Source of the DNA: Podarcis erhardii
Lineage: Eukaryota
Assembly (NCBI GenBank): GCA_964252035.1
Contig: OZ176208.1
Length of the DNA: 64,000 nt
Strand: one strand, 5' to 3'
Shown here: piece by piece, positions 46,216-56,810 of the stretch
How the letters are laid out: each line of letters opens with the position of its first letter
Position numbering within the stretch: position 1 is the first letter of the stretch
The notes under the pieces: generated by a model
What the model saw: only the letters and a program-made list of their open reading frames with translations
Database searches by the model: none
Told to the model about the DNA's origin: nothing
Position numbers and translations under genes: made by a program

Positions 46216-49200
46216 CTGGAAAATCAGCAAAACAAGAATGTCACTTTCAGTGGCGAAGAAACAACAAAACGCAGCTTAAAAAATAGGCAGAAACTGTTTC
46301 AGCACCTGCAATGTACTATAGATTTACACAACACAGCACAGAGGTATTGATGTTTTAGACATCTTTTTGTAAGGTCAGAGTTTGTGTATACACACTTACA
46401 ATGTTCTACTGAAGGAGATTGACATTTGATGTGTGGCAGTATAAAAATGGACACCTATCATCAGTTATGCTAACAGACAGAGAAGTAGTTTTGTGCCTAT
46501 TTTGGTCTGACCATTTTCAACACTTTCTTTGGGGATAGATATGTGTTATGCATACAGTCCTTCTCATTCAAATTATTCATAAGATGATGTAGCAAACCTA
46601 GCCAAGTTTGTAATGCACTGCAGATTTTTTAAAAAACATGCATTTAGTATGAGAAATGCCCATTACTACTGAATTTGTTCTGTACACTGTGAAAATACAT
46701 TTATTAGGGAGTATACCATAAATATGAGGCAATGTCTGAGTGTTAAAAGCACCCCAATGGAGAAGGTTTTAATCACAGACAATATAAGATGGTATCCCTT
46801 TAAGAAATCTAGGAAGTATAGCTATAGTTCACAGACAGTGTAGCTAGACCCTCTGTTTCGCGGAGCTGAACTACATGGTGGAATCAATATGATGAAGGCA
46901 GCGTTTATAAATAAATAAATAAAAATACTACAAACTCACACTAGAAATTATTGTAATCTAAATTCACATAACTGTGCACATCAGAACCAAGTCTGAATTG
47001 CTCTTAAAGCTCTGAAAACTCCCATGACCCTCAAATTATACAGGCTACAGCACCTTGAGAAAAGATAAAGGTGTATAGAGAATCCTTATTGGCATGTTTC
47101 TGGGGGAACATTCCACAGTGGCATTATGGAACAAGACATGCCAATGATCAGACAATGAACAAACACCCTAGGCAGCAAAAAGCCAAAAGCAAGTGAGCTG
47201 TTTCAGAAGAGACCAATAACTACAAAAACTCCTAAATAAGAAAAGTAAAAAAGTACAAGAAACCTCAAATGCAATTGCAGGATTTAAAAGACATTGAACC
47301 TGTAATGAAATAATGGATGCAGTTTCAGTGTGCTACAGAAAAAGGTTTTTGGAACAACTGAACAATGTTTATCACATGAGCTTTATGAATAAAACTGAAG
47401 ATGAATTTTTTTTGGAGATTCTTATAGTCTCACATACCCTTTAAAATAAAACAAAAACTAGATTCCCTAGTCCTTTCTATTCAAATTCTAAGAAAGACCA
47501 TCCAAACTCACTTTATACAATATTTCAGTTTCCAACACCCCACTCTGCCCACTTACTGCACACAGCTGTGAATTTTGCTGCAACAAAAGGTCCTTTACAA
47601 GAGGAAGCATGTGGCTGAAAAAGAATTTCTTTGTTTGAGCTCCAAACTATGACCAGCTTTATGTAATTATTAATAGACTGCCTAGTTAATTCCATTACAC
47701 AGAAGCCTTTTGCTTACAAAACATCTATGAACATCCACACTTCTAGAGACACTATCCACACTGATACTTTTCAATATTAATGACCTCAAGGCAAAACCGA
47801 ATGGTCTCCAGTATATGCCATAATAATGGCCCTTCACTTAAGGCAAGCATTGCAAAAATAATAATAATGGAGGAATATGTAGTAACAAACAACAAGTGTG
47901 TTGAGAATAAATACCTTGCGTAATCTTAGCCCTATAGGTATAATCTATCTGTGTCTACCGATCGACCCACCCAGAGTACTGATCAGCAAGCAACATCCTG
48001 ATATAAGAAGGAAAGGAGAATTATAGCTTCTTGTAAATAACTGAAGTGAAGTATGCCACACAACCTAAACTTGTCATTTCCTGCTTTAAAAAGGAAACTA
48101 CAGTATTCTAAAGCAAATGCAAGAGATTATAGGGCCAGAGAAGTAGCATATTGTTGAACTTAGGTGGCAGAAGACATTTAGGAAAAGGTTATCCATCCAT
48201 TAACTATTCTAAGCAGAAAAAGGACTGGTGTTTGAGGAGTAAGGACACAGAAAGCCCTAAAGTCCAAAATAAAATTCTGAGACAAAATGTGCTTTGTGAA
48301 TGATCAAATAGTCTGGACTGCTATTGAGTGTATCACAAAATATCAATAAATAATTAGAACAAAGCTATGGTCCAAGAACAAAAATAACTGAGATAATGGG
48401 CTTCGAGACCTTGCGTCTAAAGAAATCATTCTTTCAAAAAAACTATTGTAACAAATCACATAAATTCTGAACTGACTAGCTTTACACTGTACCCACAAAA
48501 ACTTTTTACATACCTAGTCATAGTGACATGGAACATGAAGAAGCCTCTCCAAAGATAATTTGGATAAGATTATCAACTTTTAATAGGGAGCCAGACCAAA
48601 ATGACATGAATAATAGACATAAGGCAGAATTCTTTGAAAATGCTACACGTGTATTGTGCAAGTGCACTGCACTTGGCAAATGTTTCTGCTTCAAAATACT
48701 TAGAAAAAAATGTTCTTTAAAATATCTCATTTAGCAATGACAAATGCAAGCTATATTTTGAAATTATGTATTATGAACCAAAGTATTAAGATGTTTTAAA
48801 TGACGTGTGCTCATTTTATACAAAGAATATTGAAGTTAAGGGCAACACAATGGGATAGCAGTTGTTAATTTCTGGAAAGTATCCAAGTTTTCCAGGCTTG
48901 AAGAATTTGGTTCAGCTATCCCAAACAGCCTACAAAGAAGACTGAATAAAAATGACAACTAAGGAACCAATAATGAAAGGTCTATCTGGAGAGTGTTAGG
49001 CAACCTTAGAACTGTTCTGAATATGCCTGCTACTTTAAAATAAAGAAGAGGGCAACTTGAATTAAACAGCTGTTCTCTTTAGAATTTAGCTAGCACTAAC
49101 TTTTCTTGAATTGTAAAACCATTAAGAGGTAAGAGTAATCAATGAATTCTTTAAAACCATACCCAGTCTTTTGAGAACTCCAAGACAGTGAGCAGTGCTA

Positions 49201-49517
49201 TTGCCCAAAATAAAGGTATAGGCACCATCTCTAAACCTAGAAAACACAAGTTTGCTCCAACTTAATATAACCTACTCTTATGCTTCTAAAGCAGAACATA
49301 GGATAAATTCTAACATGACTGATTATTTTATAAGTTAAGGTATTTAAGCAAACCTAAAGCAGTGCTGATAATAAGTTTTAAGATCAAAGCTTTCTAAAGC
49401 TTAGCATTTATTTTCATAAGAAGCATATGAAGGAAGATCACAACAGTCAACAGCTAACTCAATGCTGAAATGTTCTATAAAGGAGCATTTATGCCATTAC
49501 ATTCACCAATAAAAGCA

Positions 49518-49863
49518 CAGTGGTGCCCCGCAAGACGAACGCCTCGCAAGACGGAAAACCCGCTAGACGAAAGGGTTTTCCGTTTTGGAGGCGCTTCGCA
49601 AAATGAATTTCCCTATGGGCTTGCTTCGCAAGACGAAAATGTCTTGTGAGTTCCTGCGGGGTTTTTTCCCTCCCCCCCCTTTTCCTAAGCCGCTAAGCCG
49701 CTAATCAGTTGATCTGCTGATAAGCCGCTTAACAGCTGATCACTAAAAGCCGCTAATAGCGCTAATCCGCTAAGCTGTCAATGGGCTTGCTTCGCAAGAC
49801 GAAAAAACCGCTATACGAAGAGCCTCACGGAACGGATTAATTTCGTCTTGCGAGGCACCACTG
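49518..49863. mobile_element. Tc1/mariner(pogo/Tigger)-like MITE (family C, TIR CAGTGGTGCC[C/T]CGCAAGACGAA), flanked by CA on both sides
   Basis: 22-bp TIRs with one mismatch; CpG-rich interior with CCGCTAA repeats. Confidence 0.85.
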
Positions 49864-49973
49864 CACTTGCTGTTAGACTCCAGTTGCATTATTTCAACTG
49901 CATAAGTCTAAGCACAAGGGAACAATTTTCTGAATTTAACTGGATTTCATTAAATGGCTGTAAGCTAATTTAC

Positions 49974-50051
49974 CTCCTTTGGTAGCTGGAGTAGGAAGTA
50001 GCTGTTTGGTTTTGAAGGCAACACGGGGCATTTTTTTCTGCCTTTGCAGAG
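49974..50051 (-). CDS. SLAIN2: SLAIN2 78-nt cassette exon, (T)LQRQKKMPRVAFKTKQLLPTPATKG
   Basis: tttgtttcaacag|CT...GGAG|gtaaat. Symmetric phase 1/1 and open frame; resembles the recalled mammalian alternative segment ...QRLKSLPRTSLKAKQLLPTSSTK. Confidence 0.85.
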
Positions 50052-50559
50052 CTGTTGAAACAAAGACATGTCATATCTGTCTAAAGAGAGAAGATAATGA
50101 ATTCAAAGTTCACTTAAGATTTTAGGACCTTATCTACCTAGGAAAAATCAGGAAGCAAAAAAAGCATAACAGTTTTCAAAAGCTGTTACGGCTCCAGTAG
50201 TAGTAGTAGTGGAGGAGGAGGAGGAGTGCTTTGCTTTGCTTTGCAGAAGTGATGCTCACCACACTAAGAAGGATTGCAAAGGTAAATGTCAGATGCTTCA
50301 TGGTACAAAGTGTGTTAAGCGTTTTAGCAGGCAAAGAGTTTCTTGCAGGCCAAAGCCCAAGGAGGCAAAAATAATCCACACGCCCAGAAGTGAAAACAAA
50401 CCACCAGCCAGACATGCCACAGCCAAATCAGTGCAAGGTTAAATTCAGAACACAACGGTCACATTTAACTCAACAAAAGACACAAAATTTCAGCTCCAAA
50501 TAGTCAATTCAGGAACAGAGCTTCTTTCTTCTGAAGTTGAAGAAAATGTGTCATAATAT

Positions 50560-51084
50560 ATCAGTGTTGCACTCGGCAATTGCTAATCCAGGTTAAAACA
50601 AATATGTATGTACATATATATGCACAGGAATTCACACAAGACTGATCGCTTATTGAAGCTAGTATTTCTGCTTTAATAAAAAACTGTAATTCTGACCTAT
50701 GAAGAAGAGTCAGGAACAAGCTCAAACAACAAAATGTCATCTAAAGCCAGCTGCTGTATCTAAGAGGTCTCTTGTAAACTAATGCCTGCCGCAGATAGAG
50801 AGGACCATATAGGCAAATCAATGCTTGAAAAGTATTCAAGTATGGCTGAGAATTCAACACAATATGGTGGTCCTCTGCAACTGTCATCCTCAGACACAGT
50901 TCTAACTTAAGTCAAAATAAATGTATATATTTGAGTCACATATACTATAAAGAAACTTAAGAGACTTGAAGGAAAGAAACATGGAGCTCAGCCAAGCCTT
51001 CCCCCTCTTCCTTGTGTGTGAAATATGTCATACCCTATTACCAAGGATCAGTGTTGCACTCGGCAATTGCTAATCCAGGTTAAA
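50560..51084. repeat. Exact 38-bp direct repeat ATCAGTGTTGCACTCGGCAATTGCTAATCCAGGTTAAA (50560-50597 and 51047-51084)
   Basis: Identical copies 487 bp apart in a SLAIN2 intron. Confidence 0.9.
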
Positions 51085-53069
51085 CCAAAATGAGATATGC
51101 CCGCTTGGATTTTAAGGATTCTGATTAAAGCCAGGTTCTCAGCAACATTGAGTTTTGTTTTAACTCAGCTTGGCAAATAACAAAATTCAGATAGATGAAT
51201 ACAAAGGGGGGGGGGGGAATCATGCAAGAATTGAGACACTGCAGAAGAATTTAGATCCTGTAGCCTTCTCCTTAAACGCAGGTCAAGTCAAAAGCAGGTT
51301 TCTCAAGAACCTGCCCTGCACTTCTCTAGGTTTATGACTATGCTTAGCAACATGGCATTGAGAACTAGAATGAGAATTACCGTACCTAGATAAAAGTGTA
51401 ACCGAGGAAATGGTGTTCTACTACTGCTACATTGAATTGTTAATACACACCAAGCAGCACTTATTTATCCTTGATTCCCCATCTCCCTTCCCTTCAGCAA
51501 GGAGAAATGCGTTCTTTTTGCTTTGGATAAATGGATGTGCCCACTTTATCTGGCGGTACAAACTTAAGCATGGCTATTCAGAAGTCAATTCTGTGGGGAG
51601 GAATTGAATGTTGCACTGTTGCAAATGTTCCACCAGCATAAGCATTTCTGCTCCCCCGATGGAACAATCTCTCCTCTCCCACCCTCACTGTTTTCTCCTG
51701 AACTCCCCTTACAGAGCCAAGGGGGTTGTATTTATGATTCCACTATTAAGTCGCATATATAAATCTAATAAACAACAACAATAATTCCATTAAAAAGTGT
51801 GGCTTACTTAAAAAATATACCGAAAAAACTATTTAAATATAAATATTAGTCCTTAAAATATAGTCCAGCCCACAACCTTCTATAGCGGATAGATAAGACA
51901 TGTAGGATATACTGTTTGCTTTAATGCTGTATAAAAAGCCACAGGTATGTTACCCGACCAACACTTTCTCTGACAAGTAACATCAAAATACAGTTTCAAA
52001 TCAAGTATTTACTCATGGCAAGAACTGCCTTGTTAAACAATGCCAGAAGAAGCCCACCTAGTATCTGCCTTCAGTGATGGAGAGAGAAGCATTTAGGAAT
52101 CTCACAAAAAAGGTATGTCTTGGTTTAGAAAGAGACATCTTGTGACCATTCATTCCACAGACTGCATTAATATATGCTTCCTCTGTATATTCTAAACCTA
52201 CCGGGAGTTTAATTGGATGATCCCAGTTCTAGTGTTCGAGATAATTTCTCTTTTCACACACATGCTGCTCCACACTTGTTCCAGCCCCCAATCATCTTTG
52301 CCACACGTTTTCTGTGGCATTTCTAGAATTAAGATATCCTTCTGGAGACTGAGTGACCAGTGACCAGAATAAGACACAGTGTTTCAAATACTGGTGCACT
52401 ACCAACTTGTACAGCTATTTTATTTCCAACCCTTTAGAGATTCCTAACCTTGAATTTGCCACACCTCCTTGAGCTTTCTGTTTTAACTTCACAATCTGTT
52501 TCCCAGGTAGTTGGAATCAATTCGATGTATACGTCAAGTTATAATTAAAAGCCACTTTGCGCACGATCAAACACCTGCCACTGTACTGCTAACTAATTCA
52601 GTTGTAGAGTTCCACAGAATCTGCTTAAGCGTTTACCATTTGAAATAGCTTGGCGTAATATGCAAAACGTCCAAATAAGTTTGGAACAAGTTAAATACTA
52701 CTGACCCCAATATAAACATTTTGTTTTACACTGGCAATTTTCCAATCCTTTGGAAAGGAGGGTAATTTTAGTAGCGAGTTGTGCGTTGTAATTAATAAAT
52801 CAGAAATTTAACGTTTTGAGTCTAAGAACTTACAGATGAATGTCACTCTGCTATGGTGGCATTTCCTGTGCATGACTTATGTCTTCAGTAATACATTTGT
52901 TGATAAAGCTGCTCACATTGATTCCACTGTATCAGTCAATAGCTAAATTAACACCTTTTTCATTCTACAATTTGTTTGGTAGAAGACTTCAAAATTTGCC
53001 TTCTGTGCTACTTAATAGTTTAAAACAAGGTTTCAGAATAAACCACACTTAAGAAAATGGAACCATAAG

Positions 53070-54202
53070 AGGGGGCCACTAGGGGGCGCATCGGAAGATG
53101 GCTGACAATAACATCTCTCCGACCCACACGAGGTAATTTGGAGGCTATGATGGGAGTAATTAGCCTCCCTACCCCCCCCCCCCAGGATGGTGGGGGGGGA
53201 CTGCCTTGCCTGCTGTGCCCTATACCACCCCCAAATTTTTGGGGATGGGGGCACTAGGCACAAAGCCCTCCTGTGGGATTCTGGTGCTCCTGGACGCCGT
53301 CCCTGATCCGCGCCACTAGCTGCAAGAACTTCAAAAGAAACAATTTGGATGAAGGAATGCACATATTTCAAGGAAGGAGGGGGAGTAAAAGACTGCTAAC
53401 AGAAGAGATCTCTGATAAAACAAAACAAGATTAAATCATGAGAAGATACGCCAAGACACGGTATGGCAAATGACTGATGGGGGAGGAGGGAAAACTTTCC
53501 TTTCCTTCCTTATGTGATTAAACAAGAATCCCCTCCCCTCACGAGTCAGAAATGTCATTTTAAGGACTTAAGCTGTGGATTTAAGGCTGTGTGGAGATAA
53601 ACTTTCGAACCAAAGCATGTTTTAAGAAGAGCGTGGAATGTATAAGAGCTTTGGAATGACGCAGTTAAAAATGCCGTCGCCATATTGGGAAGTTCTGTCG
53701 GAGGACTTAAGTCTGAGAGGAGAAATAGAGAAATAGAGCTGTTTTTATATTGTGGGTGAAACTCCTCAGTGGGACTTAAGAATGACAGTTCTGTAATTAA
53801 TGATGGAAAGAGCACTGTTATCTATGAAGGCGATGATATATGGAAACCATCTCGATTTGAGGATTGGAAGAACGGAAAAATTCACACAGGATTATTATTG
53901 GTGTTTATCGGCTTAAGGAGACTATCAGAAGAGATCATAAAGAAAAAAGAGAAAATATATGAACAAGATGTGATGTGGAAACAGCAAGATAAGACTGGAT
54001 AGAATTATGAACCCTGTTTGGACTGATTTGGATTGATTTGGACATTAACGCAGTAGCAAGATGATCAGAATCCCCCTTCGGATCTTGAAATATGGGTCCC
54101 CCCAACAAAAAATTAAAATTCGGCTTTGTAATTCGGAATTTATGTGATGTGATTTAATTTGATTTGATTGGCCGGTTAATAAAAATTTAATTAAAAAAAG
54201 AA
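53070..54202 (+). mobile_element. 1.13-kb non-LTR retro-insertion, L1-type hallmarks, no recognisable long ORF
   Basis: 19-bp TSD AAGAAAATGGAACCATAAG at 53051-53069 and 54203-54221; TT|AAGAAAA target; AATAAA at 54178 plus A-rich tail; G-rich 5' end with AAGATGGC at 53095-53102. Confidence 0.8.
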
Positions 54203-55218
54203 AAGAAAATGGAACCATAAGGAGGTTACTAACTTGTACGAGAGGTATAGAATGTTCAGGTGACCATTTTTCATGAGCTAGAACAAGCCTTAAACAGGAC
54301 AAAAAATGAAGCCAAACAAATCCAAAATTTCACCTTACATTTGCAAAGGTTTGAAATAATTTTCATCAAGACTTCTACAGGTATGTTAATGAAATATATT
54401 TATGTTTATACAAGCTTAAACTGCACTGATACACTGCCAACATACTTTTCATTACCACCACCCATACGTTAGGTATTGCAGCTTGTGAAAGTATAAATTA
54501 GGGAGTGAACTAAAAGCAAGAAAAGGCAGAAATCAAAGCAACCCTCCCAAGTTAAGCTCATGCAGTGCAACCAACCTGAGGAAAGAGTGAGAAGACCACT
54601 GCAAGTGTACAGTAGTATTTTGCAAAAATAAGCAAATAAAAACCAGTAAATACAGGAAAACCCCAAAGAGCAGAACCTCCATATGCAAAATTATATATAC
54701 ACAGGGATGCAGAAACTGTGGCCCTACAGATGTCAACTCCTATAAATACCAGCCACAAGGTCAACTAACAGGTACCCCATCCCTTATCAACACAAAAACG
54801 ATACGCGACATGCTGTTTTTTAAAAAAACAGAGAAGCTTCCATTAACACTTAGAGAAGTTTCCCTTGGGATGAAAATAAAAGGGTTTTTTGGGATTTTTC
54901 ATGAGGACTAGGGAGGGTGATTAAGCTCCCTCTCTCTACCAACCATAGGCCAAATACTGACTAGGCCACCTGAGTGATTGCTAACTGCAGTTAAACAAAG
55001 GTACACACAATGTTAAACCATGTATTTGTGTGTAATTTGGCTATAGGCTTCCAAGAAAGCATTTGTTAGTTTTTCAAAAGGGAAGGAGAATGCAAATTTC
55101 AGTCCCCAAATAGGAAAGCACTTCCTACATTATTTTTGCAAAATAGGGACCAGATTCATATCCTTCCTTACAAACAAGGAAATTATGATCAGGAATTGAA
55201 AAATCAGCTCTCCATTTA

Positions 55219-55480
55219 CCGTATTTTTTGCTCTATGAGACTCACTTTTTCCCTCCTAAAAAGTAAGGGGAAATGTGTGTGCATCTTATGGAGCGAATGC
55301 AGGCTGCGCAGCTATCCCAGAAGCCAGAACAGCAAGAGGAATTGCTGCTTTCACTGCGCAGCGATCCCTCTTGCTGTTCTGGCTTCTGAGATTCAGAATA
55401 TTTTTTTTCTTGTTTTCCTCCTCCTCCAAAAACTAGGTGCGTCTTGTGGTCTGGTGCGTCTTATAGAGCAAAAAATACAG
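55219..55480. mobile_element. Tc2/pogo-like MITE (family A) with an internal 22-bp inverted repeat
   Basis: TA|CCGTATTTTT...AAAAATACAG|TA. Confidence 0.85.
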
Positions 55481-56224
55481 TATATAGGCACACCTTTCAG
55501 ACAAATTCCATTAAGGGAGAGGCTGATTCTTTGGCAACATGGATGTGTAAACACTTACTCCTCAACTTCTATTAATAAAAGAACCTGTTCATACAAGACC
55601 TTATTACTCTTTGATCCCATAGTTCTATTACTATATTCAGGTTATTGCATTATGTATAGTAATTTACAATTTATCATTTGCAGAAAGGAGTGCCAACTTT
55701 GTTCATTTTCCTCTGGTGAATATTTTGATATTTTCTACATAAAATTATTGTTTCAAAACAATTCAGGAGACAAGCTTATGGCTATAAAAGTGTATGCCTC
55801 TGAAAATGTTTATGTATGCAGCTGATCCAAGTAATTCTGTTATGAATACTGAAAAGTGAAAATAACAATATGAAAATGCAACTTCTTTCTTTTAAAATTT
55901 ATAATCCATCTTTCAGGCTGGCAGGCACTTTCGAGTTTGATGTCATAATTTTCAGTCATTCATCTGTTGGAGGTAACAGAAATCCTGACTCTCGTTTCAT
56001 ATTCACTTCAACTGCTTGATACTCACTGAAATTTGTACCAAGGCAGAATGGCAAAAGATGGGAATGGGGACCATTAGTACACTTTTTACTATCACTCTAC
56101 GGGAATCAAAAGTGTGTAGCTGCAAATTGCAACACAGCTAGGGGCTTTATAATTCCTTGCTTAGGGATGTTATATGATAATGAATGCAAGCTAAATATAA
56201 AAAATGCAAGTTACACTTGATTAG

Positions 56225-56370
56225 CAAATCATAAGAGTTAGAAGGCATCCTGAGGGTCATCTAGTTCAACTCCCAGCAATGCAGGAATTCTGAACACAGC
56301 CATCCCTGGGTGGGCTTGAACCACCAATTTTCTGGTTAACAGCCAGACCCACTGACCCACTGCACCACAG
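56225..56370 (-). mobile_element. Short tRNA-headed SINE with a CR1-like tail
   Basis: Reverse complement shows a TGGTGCAGTGG...GGTTCAAGCCC head joined to a CR1-like GATGACCCTCAGG...TCTAACTCT tail. Confidence 0.55.
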
Positions 56371-56672
56371 AGACCAAGCTTATGGAATGTTCAAGATAGA
56401 CCGTTGCAGAAAAGGCTTCCTATTCAGGACAGCAGACATTAAGGAAACCATCAATATTGAGAAGTAATGTGGGGTGGCAATGTACACATACTTCATTGTT
56501 AAGTACTGTACTTTGAAATGCTCGTTTGCCCAACATACATCAGATCTGACCAAGCTTGCATTATCTGCATGAAATGTCTAATCCCTTTACCATGAAACTG
56601 TAAACACGCTGCTAATTGCTTTCAGTCGACTCTCAGAAGCTGTGTTTACAGCATCACTGTAAAGATACTTAC

Positions 56673-56810
56673 TGGCTGAGGGTTGAGGTTGAATACGAGA
56701 TATTCCTCCATTTGGCACTTGAAAGTTTGAGTCACTTCTACTGTTTTTCACAGACTCAACTTGGATGTTAGATGTCCTGGACAGGTTTGGAAGACTACGC
56801 CTTAGTTTCT
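56673..56810 (-). CDS. SLAIN2: SLAIN2 coding exon, (E)[45 protein letters not shown]
   Basis: aatacag|AG...GCCA|gtaagt, 138 nt, phase 1/1. Confidence 0.95.

Noticed and set aside
45921-46286. 121-aa plus-strand ORF
   Set aside because: Antisense shadow of a SLAIN2 coding exon.
50560-51084. The 38-bp repeat as a CRISPR-like array or box C/D snoRNA
   Set aside because: Only two copies 487 bp apart in a vertebrate intron. A CTGA is present on the minus strand but I found no C box at a suitable distance.
55136-55825. 229-aa plus-strand ORF
   Set aside because: Non-ATG start, runs through a MITE and AT-rich intron, and has no protein-like composition.
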